From assembly GCF_963853765.1 (NCBI RefSeq), contig NC_088858.1:30132001-30196000 (forward strand): DNA of 64,000 nt. Reading direction: 5' to 3'. The notes under the pieces are model-generated. The model was not told the origin of the DNA. It saw only the letters and a program-made list of their open reading frames with translations, and did not search any database. This document shows, in pieces, positions 15,101 through 30,100 of the stretch (position 1 is its first letter; every line of letters starts with the position of its first letter). Source of the DNA: Magallana gigas (taxonomy: Eukaryota). Made by a program: the position numbers and the translations under genes.

Positions 15101-18100
15101 ACACACTCTGAAAATTAAGTAAAGTGCAAAAGAAAGTAAGAAGTTTGTTCAGTGACATCTTAGATGCAATCATAAACTTCTAAGTCCCCCTTTACATACA
15201 CATGTACATATGTAAATATCCTTGTATGTTTCCAATAATTATAAAAAAAAAAGACAATACCATTGTTCCAGCCTGTAACATCAGCCGAGGATCTGATGGC
15301 TTCACATACTGAGTCAGACTTAAGGTAAGGCCTCACAGAGAGGCTCTCCAGGAGTTCATCGGACAAGAAACTTGGTAAAACTTTCATTTCTGTCGTTGAT
15401 TTCTCATTCAACCATTGAGTAGTAGAAAAATCTGAATGACAAAAAGTATTCACAAATTTCTAATTTCCAAAATCATAATCACATTTACAAGTAACTGTAT
15501 TCAGTGTTTCAAACTGCATTGCTTTTACCTTTAATTGAGAAAAGTTTATCCCAAGTTTTCTGAGACTTTGGCACGATGACATTATTGAGAATGGATATAT
15601 TTACTACACATGGCCCTCCATCATCAAAACAAGCTTCAGCAGACATTGAGAGATCCAGAACATTCCCATCAATCAGGTCATTTACAACGTATCTAGTATA
15701 GACATTTTTAATAACAAACAATTTTACAAGGTATACCAAATACAGTAATCACTTATGTTCATTGACAAAAAATACTTCTTTACATCCAAATTATCACTCA
15801 CAAATATGCCATGCCATTTATGACAGGTTGGCAGTTTTTTAAAATCATCCCTATGAAATCAACTATGGCAAGAAATAAATAAAAATTACATGCCACTAAC
15901 TTATGAATTTGTACCAAGATTTCTATAGAATCACCTGATTTTAAAAACGCCACCCAAACTCATGATGTATTCTTTTCCTGATACAAATCCACTAAAGTAA
16001 TGCTTGCGATACATCTTCTCGACATGCACTCTTATCTTCTTATATGAATAATCAATGTTTATTCCAACTTCAAAAGTCCTGTTCAACAAGGGTATATTAA
16101 CACAACATGTAATGTCTGCACAAGTTGATGATACTGTACAGAGAGCATCATTTCTGACTTTGTTAAGGGACTGCTGAACATCTAGAGGACAATCTGTAAC
16201 AAAAATATCAAAACCATTTATATACTTTATCAGCAAGGCATATAATGCATATACAATTCCATTAGCCATATTTTCCAGCAAATTTTAATCTTTCAGGGTT
16301 GTATTTAATAGTCACATGTATTCCATTTGGTGGCAGCATCAGCATAAGCAGAACCAGTTGGCGAGCAGGTTGGATAGAGCATGAAGGCAGCCACACTGAG
16401 GTGGGATAACAAGTTGTCCACGGCGCCACTCTCCATTGGTGTAATTGCTGTCAGTCCTTCGCTTGTTTGCCAGTCATTCAGTGAAAAACCTGCATTAGTT
16501 GGCAATTATTTTTCTTTATAAACTTGCTAGAGCTATTTTGGCAAATTCGTATATTCTAATCATAAACTGTTAGCAAACGTTTATGTTAAAAATGTTACAA
16601 TACCATTTGCTTAGCAATTTTCAACAATGGCAATCCTTTTTTTTAATTATGTATAACTGAAAATTGATTTATGTTGAAGACAACATATAAAATTACCAGG
16701 AATTGTGAATGGAGCATCCCATTTGCAAACTTTCTTTGGAAGATAATAGTTCTTCAGTACGTCTACAGAGACATTACAGTTAGGAACCTGCAGAGCCTCC
16801 AAGCAAACATCTAGTCTCAAATTCATTATGAAATGCCCATCTGTGTACATATCAAATGCCTGGAACCTGTAGATTGTAAATAAATATATAATATATTGTA
16901 AACTTTTACTTATATTCCATAACAAAACATTTCACTTGCTGACTTACGTCATTCTGACGACACCAAAGAGCCAAACTTCTTCTTCTTGTCCCCATTCATA
17001 TTCAAACAAGTTCTTTGAGAAGCTCAGTTGATCAATGCTCACCACCATTTGGAATGTACATGGATCTATCTCTAGCTTGGTGGAGAAGGTCGAGCTGATG
17101 GCAGGAACATCTACACAGCAGTGGATGCCAGAACAAGAACTGAGGAAGTGACAGGTGACCGGCTTACCTGACAAGGAGGGTAAAGGCTCCAACAACGTTT
17201 CATTGCAATCTGTAATGAACAAATCATACAGTGAAATATAAAAACAATCTCACGACCAAAATCCCACACAAAAGATCTTTCTATATTTTGCAAATATACA
17301 GAGAGAAAAAGTAAAAGGAAACATTTGAACATCTCTATTTCAATTGATCTTAAAAATAAGAAGGAAATTCAGTATTACATGTGCAAAGAGACGTATAAAT
17401 ACTATACATATAACACATATTTCAATATCAGAGAAAAATCGCAATAAAACCTTTGTTCTCATAATATGTCACACATATGCCATCTTGACAATATGCTTTT
17501 TTTTTTAAAATGAATGTACTTTGCCAGTTATAGTTCCATTTTACTACAACAGTCTTTCAAAAGATCTGCTTTACCATTTTTCCAGTTGTCAGTGGCACCA
17601 ATGAATGGATATTTTGAACTGCTACACCTCTGGTTGCCCTTGAACACAAACTGTGCCAAACCAAGATCTTGCATGAGCTGTGCAAGGTTATTTTCTGTCA
17701 ACCCAGCAGTTGATATTCTCTTTCCAAGTCTCCAGATATGGTAAGAAAATTCTGTAAAAAAAACCCCCAAAACCAAGTGCATTAATTAAGCTTTTCAATG
17801 ATGTTTTGTAAGACTGTAATCACCAGATATGATAAGCTTAAGGAAATGTTTATGTAAACATACTATCATCCAGGAAATCAGTGGTCCAATCACATGGCTT
17901 TTTGGGAAGTTTAGTGTTTGTAAAGATTGGAATATCGACCATACACGTTTTAGCTGATTCAAAGCAAATCTGCAAGTTCAGATTTACCAAGAATTTACGT
18001 TCACTGGAAAGGTCATCGATGGTAAATCTGAAATAAAAATGTATTTTAAAAATTATGCATCACTCTAACTATACATGCATATTACATAAATTATATATTT

Positions 18101-21100
18101 TCAAAAAATCAGTTTGTCTGGATTTTCCTATTAACTTTATATTTACTGACACAAATATCTAAATGAATGGAAATATCAAATTACCTTAGTCTCACAACTC
18201 CATTTACAACTATAGTTTGTTCTTCTCCAAATGAGTATGTGTGCAAACTCACATTGACAGAGAACTTCTCAAAGCCTACACTGAGTTTGTAATTACAGTG
18301 GTCCAGTATTAGCCAGGAGTTGATTGAGCGTCCCAGTAGAGCCAAATCAGAACAGCATCTCACTCCAGTACAAAATTCAAACAGGTGGCAAGTTGTGTTA
18401 GAGGCAATGGAGCTCAGGGACACATACTGATCACAGCCTACAAACAGGAAAATATGTCATACAAATTTGTCAATGCAAAGAAATATATTTTTTTTAATTT
18501 GAAATTTCATGTAATGCCATAAATAAAACTACACTTAATAAGGCATGAACCTTTGGTCATCTTGTGGTGTTCATGAAAAATGTACAAACCATTATTCCAG
18601 CCACTTTTACTGGGGTGGAAGGGTACTGTTTTCCTGTCACAGCTGGATTCTTCCATGTACTGAATGATGTCAAGGTCATGCAGCAATTCAGACACAGCAT
18701 AGGATGGGAGCACTTTATTAATTTTGTAACCTTTATTGTCTAACCAATTCTCTAGTGAGAAATCTTTAAAAAAAATGAAAAATTGATAGAAGACTGTTTC
18801 AATCTTCACAGTAATTGTGATTACAATACAATCAGAAATATTAATATTAATTCACAAACCTTTTTTAACAAAATCCCTGGTCCAGTTACAAGTAGGCTTA
18901 GTAAGCTTATTTTCTTTAAGAACTTGAATATTTATTTCGCACGGTCCAGATGTCTCGAAACAGACTGTTAAATTAAGGTTCATACCGTAGGCAGTTACCA
19001 AGTCAGTTATCAAGTAGCTGGAATTATAAAGTATACGAATACAACATACAGAACGTGCTTCTACAATTACAAGTTTGAATTTTTCGAAGGGGTAGTTATA
19101 TTATATTGGTAAAAATGTTCCATATAAAAAAACCCATAACTATATTTTGAATGTAATGCTTCTAAAATGTCCCCTTAAAAGAAAAAAAGCACTAGGCAGG
19201 TAACATTATAATTTGTGCACTCAGTCTCATAAAGTATATGCCCATTAGCAAGAAGGCAAGGGGGAAATAAAAGTTCTCTGTGAAAACATGTGAAATTATT
19301 GATGAATGTCAAACTGTATTTTATGCAAATCGAAGATCAATATTTTTCAGTGAATGCATATAAAACATGTATCAATAGGCGTTTACGCTGGATTACAAAG
19401 GAGTCTCCCTGTATAATTTAAAACAATACGTTATTGTATATTAATCTTCCCGTTTTACATATAAAAAGTTACCTTGTTTCTGAAAATATTTTTCATAATT
19501 CCTTAAAATACATACACGCATACCTAGCATTTTGATATCTAAATTGAAATTTGACTCACTCCATGTTAATCATTCCAAACAAAGAAACATGCTTCATCTC
19601 TCCAAACGTATATCCCAGAAGTTTGTGAGTCCACTGGTACTTCTCTATGCCAACATTTATTTTACCATTACAAGCATCGATGTCAATAAAGGCATCCAGG
19701 TTTGTGTTGAGGACTTCTGAGTGCAGACAGCAATGAACACTGCTACATGTCCTAGATATTGCACATCTTGTGTGTGTCCCTAATGTGCTCAACCCTTTTG
19801 TTTCTTTCTCACATTCTATAAAATTATAAATTACCAGTATGACTCAAAAATAGGAATAGAAGTTTTGCATTAGCACAAAGTTTAAGAATTTTGGTTACCA
19901 TGATTCCATCCTGAAGCATTGACTTCTTTGAATGGGAATTTCTTCCAGTCACATTTTTCTGATGTTGTCAGGAGATAGGGACCTACTCCAAGATCTTGGA
20001 ACAGTTGTTTCACATAGTGAATGTCCATAGATGATCCCACACTAAGTCCATGTGTAGATTTCCATGTTTTCAAAGAAAATGCTACCAAAAGAATTGGGTA
20101 AGTATAATAAACAAAAACATATCAACATTCATTGAAAAAAATACACTCAACTTCATGGCATCATGCCAAATGAAGACAATAAATCGGGAAGAATATATCA
20201 TGATTTTTGCAAAAACATATTTATAATTCAGGAAAATTAATTTAGTGTATATGCAAAAAGCAATTATGAAAATAATTTTTTGAATATACATTTAGTTGTG
20301 TATTTCATTTAAGCTTCATAATGTCTGAAGATATAATAATAAATATACATGTAAATGCATCTTACCTTTGTCTCTGAAGTCTTGATTTCGGTTGCACACT
20401 TCTTTAGGAAGAATTGTATTGACAAACACAGGTATAATGGAATGACAAGGCTGTCCTGATTCCAGACACACACTCATGTTCATATTCACCAAATATTCTC
20501 CACCTTCACCATTGTACACAAGGTCTGTTATTATAAAGCTGTTAGGAAAAATGAATTAATAGACAATTATACAGCTGACAAAATAGCAGCTTAGTGTTTT
20601 TGTAAGACTTTTGGTTTCATTTTCAAATTGATTTTTAAATATACATGTTAATCAAAGTTTATATCATAGTAATTCTGTTGCACTATTTTGCATCCTGAAA
20701 CAATATCATGGTATTGTAGAACACTAATTTGGAACTTTAAAAATTGTATCATGGAATTGTACACTATTGTTTATTGTACTAAGCAGACGGAAAAAAATTA
20801 CTCTATCTCAATGAATCCAAACAGATCAAACTTCTCCAGGTCCCCGTATCTGTAATTGTGCAGACTCCTGTTAAACTTGAGATTTTCTACGCCCACTCTG
20901 AGCTGATGGTCACAGGCACTAACTTCAATAAAGGCCTCCACAGACAGGCCTACACTAGGTACATCCATACAGCACCGAACTCCAGTACACGTCTTGTAAA
21001 GGACACAAGTGGCCAGATCTTTGTCAATGGTTGGTCTCTTGATAATGTCATCAAAATGACAATCTACCAAATTAATAAAATTAAGGAAGTTTACCTACAT

Positions 21101-24100
21101 GAATAGTCAGAATGATTTAATTCATTTGCAACTTTTCAACTTTTTTTCATGTTAAAAACTGCTTTTATTGACAAATAATTTATCAATAGCATACTTTCAA
21201 GTTACAGTCGACAGAGACACATGTTTACAGTATCACACAAACCCGAGTTCCATCCATTAAAAGAGTTCCTGTAGATTCCCTTGTCTTTGTCACAGGACGG
21301 CACCTTTATGTATTTAGATATACCTAATGCTTCCAAAAGTTTAGGTAAATACAGACCATTTAATGATTCAGATGTTGGTATAGTTATGTTGTTGGCATTC
21401 AACCAAGATGCAAAAGAGAAACCTTGAAGATGAAGTCAAACATATACATGAACTTAGAAAGAGCAAATTCAGGTGACATGTCTTCCTTTGTATTGGTATT
21501 TTAATAGTTATGTTATTTCATATTACAATTCATCAGCAACGTAAGTTTATACACCAATGCAAATTACAAATACCTGGGTTTGAGAATCCTGTGTACCATG
21601 CACACACTGGTTTAGTGACGAGATAATTCTGTAGTATTTTGTTTCTTATCTCACAGGATGGAGAGTCGCTGAAGCATACGGTCAGCGTAACATCCAACAG
21701 GTATTGCCTTTGTCCATTCAAATCTTTTATGAGATATCTATACCATAAAAATGTTATACATTAAATAAATAACATTAATAACTTTACTTTTATCATCAGA
21801 CTCTAAAAGAAAGGAATCATTGTTTATCATCAAAAGCAAGCTTTTAATACATTACTCAATAGAGAAAACTTGGTCTATGCTGAATTTCTGAGGAACTCCG
21901 AATTTGAAATTGATAAGAGACAGTTCAAACTTGAACTTTTCAATCTCCACGTTCAAGGAAAGAGCACACGCATCCACACTGATTCGGTAGTTCAAAGTTC
22001 TCCCAACAATTGCCATGTCTGTACAACACTGGATGTCAGTACAAGATGAAGACACTCGACAGTTGGTGTTATTGGCCAGAGTAGTCAAAAATGGAGATAT
22101 ATTCTCTGTACAGCTGGTGTCTATATTTATCAAGGAAATACCTTTAAATAATTTTTTTTAGTTCTTGCATGTACAAAGAATTGAATACAAAATTTAGATA
22201 CTAATTTTAGACTGTGCAAAAAATATTGGATACAGTATGCAGAGAACATCTTAAATTTAAAAGTAAATTCTGTAATAACCTTACTTTTCTGATGTAAGAC
22301 ATGCTGTCTTGGAGAGTAGCTTTACCTGTTTGTTTCACTCATAAAAATAAATTTTAAAAGCCAATCTTCATACCAATTTCAAATCCTGATGACGTTGCCG
22401 AATAGTCACTTCTATTACAGGGTATACTGAGGAAGAATCCTTTCACTCCAAGAGTCTCTAGTAACTGTTCTGAGAATAGTGCTGGTAAAGTACTAACTGA
22501 AGCTGAAATTCCTTTATTCTTTAGGAAGCTTGTGAAGTCAAATCCTATAACAAACAAGTTGATAAAGTTTGACAAAGTTATCAAAATTATGGGTAGAGTA
22601 TAAAAAACAAAAAACATAAATTTTCAGAAGAATAAAAACCAAAATGTTTGTTTTATCTTAAGTAAGTGCTGATATTGAAGACTTAAAAAGTTATTAATAT
22701 TATGGGTTGAGTATAAAAAATTAAAAAAAAATAGATTTTCAGAAGAATGATAACCAAATTATTTGTTTTATCTTAGGTTAGTGCTGATATTGAAGACTTA
22801 AAATTGACCAACCAGGTATGGCAAAAGACTGGTTTTTAAAATCACAATCCAAAGTAGGAATTCTGGTATTTATCATGATGGGAAAATTCAGCATGCAGTC
22901 TCCATTAGTTTCAAAACAGGCACTAAAGTTGACACTTAACAGGTAAGCCTTCTCTGATGTGATATATTCAACTTTATATCTGCAGGTTAATTCGAGGAAA
23001 GTTTGTATTAGGCATCATATATTTCAACAACTCAACAACTTAATAAGCTGAAAACTAGATATCATGTATCTGCCTGGGTTGTTATTTTTTGCAAAAATGT
23101 ACTTTTTGCTTCTTTCATGATAATTTCATATCGCAAATACCAAGTATAAAATATACAAAAATTGTATCTGTATTATTTGTTATTTGAGAGATACTTTTTA
23201 AATCGCAAAATAACTGACACAAATTAAAACAAATGCATCAGAAGATGAAAATGTGAAAATTTTACGACGACGACAACCATGACAATAACGACGACAGACA
23301 ATAAACACATTTTGATCTGAAAAGCTCTTTTGAGCTTTGGCTCAGGTGAGCTAAAAAGTAAATCTTTTCCATTTTTGCAAATGTTGCCACATGTGAAATA
23401 AAAGATAGATATATGGTATTCACTTCATACTCATAAGATGAAGATATAGGCTAAATAATCATTACTGAGAGAGTTGTCAAGTTTCAGCTTATTTCACATG
23501 CAAGCTAGATGTACTTACTCTACAGTGAAGACATTCTGTATTGACTGTCGTTGCCATTTGGAAAACTCAAATTCTGTGAGAAGGAACTCTATTTCTAATT
23601 TCTCTAATTTGATAAAGACTTTCCCTCTGCACCTGTCTACATTAGCTTCAGTTTGGACAGATGTTTTCAGCAAGTGGAGATCTGTGCAGCATTTCACAGA
23701 AGAGCAGGTACTAGATAGTTTACAAGATGTGTGAGCTGGTAGGGCTGGAACTGTGATACTTTCCTTGCACTCTAAATTGAAACACAAACATGTAGGATCT
23801 TTCTTTTCTTTAATTGTGTCTATCCAACAGTGTTAATTTAAAAAAAAGCAACTTTCTCACCTTTGACATTCCAGTTCTGAATTCCTGAAGAAAGATCTTC
23901 TCTTTCACACATAGGGTCATTAAGATAACTGGATAGCTTTAGTTCTGACTTAAGAAGGTCAATGGCCCACTGCTGTAGAACTGGGCCATCAATTTTATCC
24001 TTCATCCAATTACTCAGAGAGAAACCTTTCATCAATCAAGCAGGGAAAATTGTAAGCTTTACTTATAAGTCACAAAGTACATTTTATTTCATATAAATGC

Positions 24101-27100
24101 ATAGTTATTCACAATAGAAAGTGAAAGAGGTACATTGGTATATACCGGTAAAGCCAATGACTTTCAATCTTTTACCATTACATACATGTGTTACATTTAA
24201 GTTTTAAAATTCAGAGAATTTAAACTATCTAAGATAACTTTTTTTCTTTTTAAAGTTGTTTTATAAATCCAGAAATATTTTGATAAATTCTTCGCAAGTA
24301 GACAATACCTGGAATTGGAAGTTGTCCCAATTGTAGCTGACAGAGGGGTTTAGGTAATCTTAGTCCAGTCACAGCTGCAATATCTTGTTCACAATTTTGT
24401 CCTTTTGTATAACACAATTTAATTCTCAGATCAAGAACAAATTCACCACTCAGTTCCAACTCATCTATCATGTACCTAAAAATATTATTTGTTGAAAGTC
24501 TATACATAAAACACCTTACTTTCATTTAAAGACAATGTAACTAATCAGCATTTTAAAAAATAGTCCTATGCGAGAATGTAATGCAACTCACTCTAATTCC
24601 AGCACTCCAAACAGTTTTGCAACTTCCTTTGTTCCCATTGTATAATCAAAGAGTGACATAGTAAAGGTAAACTTTTCCAGTGTAATAAGTATCTTTTCAT
24701 CACAGGGATTGATTTCTATGGAGAATTGGTATGATGTTCCAGATATATGGTCCTGTAAACAACAGGCGATCCCCGTGCAGTTTGAGCTTATGTGACAATT
24801 TAAATTATTGCTTACAGGGCTTGGTGGAGACACTGCACAATCTGTAATAGAAATAATCAAATTCATTTAAAAAATTAAACTAGCTTTTATTAAAAAAAAA
24901 AGAAAGAAAATTTTAAAATAAATTTCATATATTAAACAGAATGATATACAGTAACCAAACATTGTTATAGCATAATAGGTTCAACACTCCTCTGTTCAGA
25001 TTCTGAATATACACATTTAAATATTTCAAAATTAAATCTAAATCATAAGTGAAATTAATGCAACAGAACAGAGTCACATAAATCACCTTAACAACAATTC
25101 TATAATGAATTTTACTCTGTGAGATTAACCTTCCTAAACAGAGGGTCAATGGACCTTTAAACATAATGGTAATGTATTAAACTATCATGCCAACCTGAAT
25201 TGTTCTTTGTAGGTGCTGATCTTGAACAACCTACACCAACATAATCTTCTATGCCAATCTCCCTCCAAAGGAACTTGGTCTCTTCTGGGGTCAGAGTAGA
25301 GCCAAAGTTATTGAGAGCTTGCCAAGATGTCAGGTTAAAACCTAATAAATGCAAACAAACAAAAAGGTACTGGTGGATACTGGTTAATTTATCACAAATG
25401 ACACGATAATTTTGTTACCAGCTCATTTATCATACACAGGAGTATTTGTTAAAAGGAACAGAAATAAATTTACTTGGATTAATGAAATCAAGCTTCATGC
25501 TGCATGGTTTCTTTGGAAGTAGAGTGTTTCGGAAAATTGCAACTGTGTACACACAAGCCGTTGGGTCTGATGATTCCAAACATACGCTCAAGTTCATGTT
25601 TAACAAATATTTTCTTTTTATTACCAAATTCTGGATGTTAAAACTGCAAATAAAAAAATCAGATATTTTTCAAAATCTGGTAATTTCATATCATTAGTTA
25701 TCATATTTTTGTAAATTTTTACCTGGTATGATGAAAAAATAAAACTTGTTCACAATATAAATGGTTTTCTAACAAACACAAAAAAGCATTTCATATTACA
25801 AAAAAAAGCATTATTCTTTGATTTGAAGGCAAACATAATCATACTCTATTCTAATAGCTCCCTGCAATGTAAAATGATCTGTTGTTCCAAAGTCATAGTC
25901 CATCAAAGTTAGATTGTACTGCATATTTTCTATATTGAGACTCATGATTGCTTCACAAGGATCCAGCAAGACTTGAATGTTGATAGTCCGTCTGCCCAAA
26001 TATCCGATTTCTGCACAACAGTCTATTCCTGTACACGACTTGGGTAACCGACAGACGACGGAACTAGGCAGGGGTAAGGGAGTCAATGCATCTGGACACT
26101 CTGTGGTAAATTGAAGGTGTTAAAAAAATCGTTCAAAATGTTTTAATTAAATTTTCAAAATGAAGGTAATGTTTCAAGGAAATATTTTGAATGAGTTGGA
26201 AAATGAAAGCATTGCCACAAACCACTTTTCCATCCATTGGTATTAGGATTGTACAATGTACTTCGTATGTCACACTGATCAGCTGTTTTAAGGAAATCCT
26301 GCATTCCCAATACTGAGTATAAAGCGGAGGCATCTGCTGTTGAGAGCACTGATCCAATGCTTAAACCTCTGTCCAACAACCAGGAGTTTCCAGAGAAATC
26401 TGGGAGCAGATAAAATAATTAAAACATTTATTTGGTGAAAAAGAATCGTCAATATAATTGTATAATTATATTGATAATTTTTGTTACAAATGTTATAAAT
26501 TCTTTAATTTAAAATAAAAAAACATCAGAGAATGAAAAATTTCGAACTTTAGAGGAATTCACGACATAAAATGATGAATATAAATATACCATTTGGAAAG
26601 CCAGTACCCCATTCACACAAAGACTTGGGGAGTTTGAAGTTTGTAAGCAATTCAAGAGAATCTAAGATACATGGCCCAACTCCATAACAGATCCCAAGGC
26701 TAGCAGAAATTTTATAGGCTTTTTCTGCAGGAATTTCATCGATTTTAAACCTAAACACAAATTAAAAATTAATCATAAATGATTATAAAAAAACCCAAGT
26801 CTATGTATTAGATATAATACCTACCTTAACAGATTGATCATATAATTGATAACAAAAAACTTCATAATTCAATTTTATTACTAACAAAATCACAAAGTTT
26901 GTCACTATGAAATTGTTTGTCAAACAAAGATACTGATATGTTTAATGATCAATTATAATATTTAATATATACTTACTCAAATTGGATTACACTCATCAAG
27001 TATCGTTTTTCAGTGACTCCTGTTAACATAAAATCACTCATTATTAACATGAACAGTTTGACAATTGCATAGTCATCTTTAATTAGGAATATTCCCATTT

Positions 27101-30100
27101 TCTAAATGCTGAATTTACAATCTTGAAACAAATAAGGGGAATTACCAAAGGAATAGTCATGAAGTTTTATTTGAATTTTCAGTTGTTCTACTTGGAAAGT
27201 CATGATATGGTTGCAGTCATCAAGTTCTACTCCTACAGTGAAATGTCTCCTTAATACTTTGTTTTCCTCGATACAGCAGGTAATTCCCGTACAGAAAGAG
27301 GGAACATTGCATCTGACAAAGGACGACAAGACAGGTAGAGTTGTGTTCAAATCCTTTTTACAATCTACAAAAAAAGAAAAAGAAAAGAAAAATACAACAG
27401 AACAATTGTACATTCAGATGTATGAATGTATAAATAGTATGTGTCAAATTTGTAAGACAATTTAAACTTAAGGTACTGTAATCGGTAAACATACCATTTT
27501 TCCATCCCATACTGTTGGCTGGGCTAAATGTCTCTGATGTAAAAGAACAGGGATTGGTACTGAGATAAGAACTAATGCCAAGTTCATTCAACAGTGTGTT
27601 TTTGTTGACAAGGGAAAGAACTGACTCTGGATTAATTCCTTGATTATTGTACCAGGTATTCAAATCAAAATCTGGAAAAATGAATAAAAATAATAATGGT
27701 ATATTTTGTATGGTAATAAACATGGTACCATTAAGATATGCTCGACAGTCTGCATCGTGAAATAGTCTTACTTGGTGTGGAGAATCCAGCAGTCCAGTCA
27801 CAGATTGATTTTGGCAGCAATGAGTTTTTGAATATATCAATGTTGACCAAACACTTAGAATCATCTGATGCTTCAAAACAAGCTTTCAAGGTCATAGAAA
27901 CCTTGAATTGCCTCTCTACTGCCAAATCTTCAATTATGTAACTATAAAAAGATATTCTTATGTTGAGTACTTTACATAAAGTGTATTTTGTTGTTCCTGT
28001 GCTAGAGAAATTTCAAAATTAAAGTCTATACAAAAGTTGTATGTATAAGCAGATCATTATCTTAATTTCAATAAACCAAGTCCTTTGATTCTCAACAAAT
28101 ATTTTTAATTAGAATGAAAAAATCAACATGAAAAAAGCAACTCATTACAATTTTTGTTTAATTTACACAATCACTGTTCTCACCACAGTGTAAACAGAAG
28201 GTATTTCCCCCACATCTCTTGATCTTTTTTTACAGCATGTGGTCAAGTTTATTAAATAAGACCATTGATAACATGAAAGTTGCCAAAAAACCTACCATGA
28301 TGTGCATGAAACATTATGTACAACTGATTGATTTGATACACATACTGTATATATAGGGTTTTCCCCATCCTATTTTACACTTGCAAAAGGTTTCGCCACT
28401 TTCGCCAAAGAAAGTGAAAGGGGAAAAAATAAAATGGGGGAGAATATTTCCATGAATATAGTAAATATGAATAATAAATAGCGTAATTGTAAAGAGTAGA
28501 GTGATGAAAATATTACACACGAAGAAACAAAAAAAAATTATACATCGCAACCAGGACATGGCCTAAACTACTATCACAATTATTTCACATACTGTTTTGG
28601 TATAAAGCTCAACAACGAAATTACTCACTCGATTCGTATCACGCTGTTCAAATAGAATGAATTTTTTGTTCCTGAAAGAAAAGAAATTGTTTAGTACAAT
28701 AAAACATGGTAATTCTAAAGAAAGAAAACCCTTTAAAATTAAAATTAAAATCCGTACAAAAAACAAACACTTTATAAAATAAAACATGAGGTAGAAACGT
28801 AATCCAATGCAAACAAATACCAAAGGTCACATCCTTGAGGCTTAGATTAAATGACAGCTTCTCAATACCAACATCCAACCAATAATTGCAAGCATCCAGT
28901 GTTAGGTAAGCTTCAAATGATGTTTTCATGAATCCGATATCCACACAACAGCTTACTGAGGTACACGTGTCCTTTACCAAGCATGTGACTGAATCAGATA
29001 TTGGTGCCATTTCAACTTCCATCTGACAGTCTACAATAGAAACTAAGCCAATTACATTTTTTATTGCAAAAAGATAAACATCAATAATCTTATCAATTGT
29101 CACTTAATTCATATCTTGTAATCAGTAATGTTAACATAAAATTAACTCTACAAAATGAAGAAAAAGTATCTCTTCACCTTTCTTCCATCCATTATCAGAG
29201 GGGCTGTAGACTGGTCCAGATCGTTGACAAGGGACCTCCTGCTTGTACTTTGCAATACCCAATTGTTCAAGTAATTTTGCAGCATTCAGTTTGGAGAGTT
29301 GGGATCCGATAGCAGCACCAACACTGTTGTACCAATTTGTCAGGGAGAAATCTGATTGGAAAATTATAGTTTTCATTTCTGTACTTTAGATTAAAGTACA
29401 TTATTTATAAAAACCTAGTGATTTAGCATAAATAGAAATCATAATAAAGAATAAAGCAAACAACTTATGTGCCCTGTAGACGTTAAAAAAACCCCCGAAA
29501 TTCACATCTTTCATAATAGCAACTTTTAAATTTCCGATTTAAACAGAAAAATTAAATTTACATAAATCATCATACCTAATCATACAGTCACCTAGTATTT
29601 AGAATACAAACATTTACCGTAACGGTTATAATTTTCATTTAATGCTTCAATTATCTTTGCCGTTAATCATAAGTCATATTTAAATATAGAGTGAATTCGA
29701 ATGTTGCAGAAACAACAAATTATGAAAAACAAATACAGTTAACATAACCTACTATATCAGATTATGTATTTTTGCTACAATGCTTTACCTTTAGGTTGAA
29801 TGAAGCAACAAAAAATCATTCAATTGTTCAAGTAAATTCCTCAGGTTTTCTCTATAACTTAGTTAAATATTGTTATTCTTTTATCATTTTAAACTAATAG
29901 ATTGTAAAAAACTATCGTGCAATCCAACCTGGTATAGTAAAGTTAAGGTTCCAGTTACATCCCGGCTTAGGTAATATATGTTTATCAAATAATGTTGACT
30001 TATAGAGACAAATGTTATCTTCCAAGCAGATCTTGATCTTTGCTGTTAATTCCAGGTTACTTCTATCAACATCATCTATCTTATATCTAAATAATAAAAA

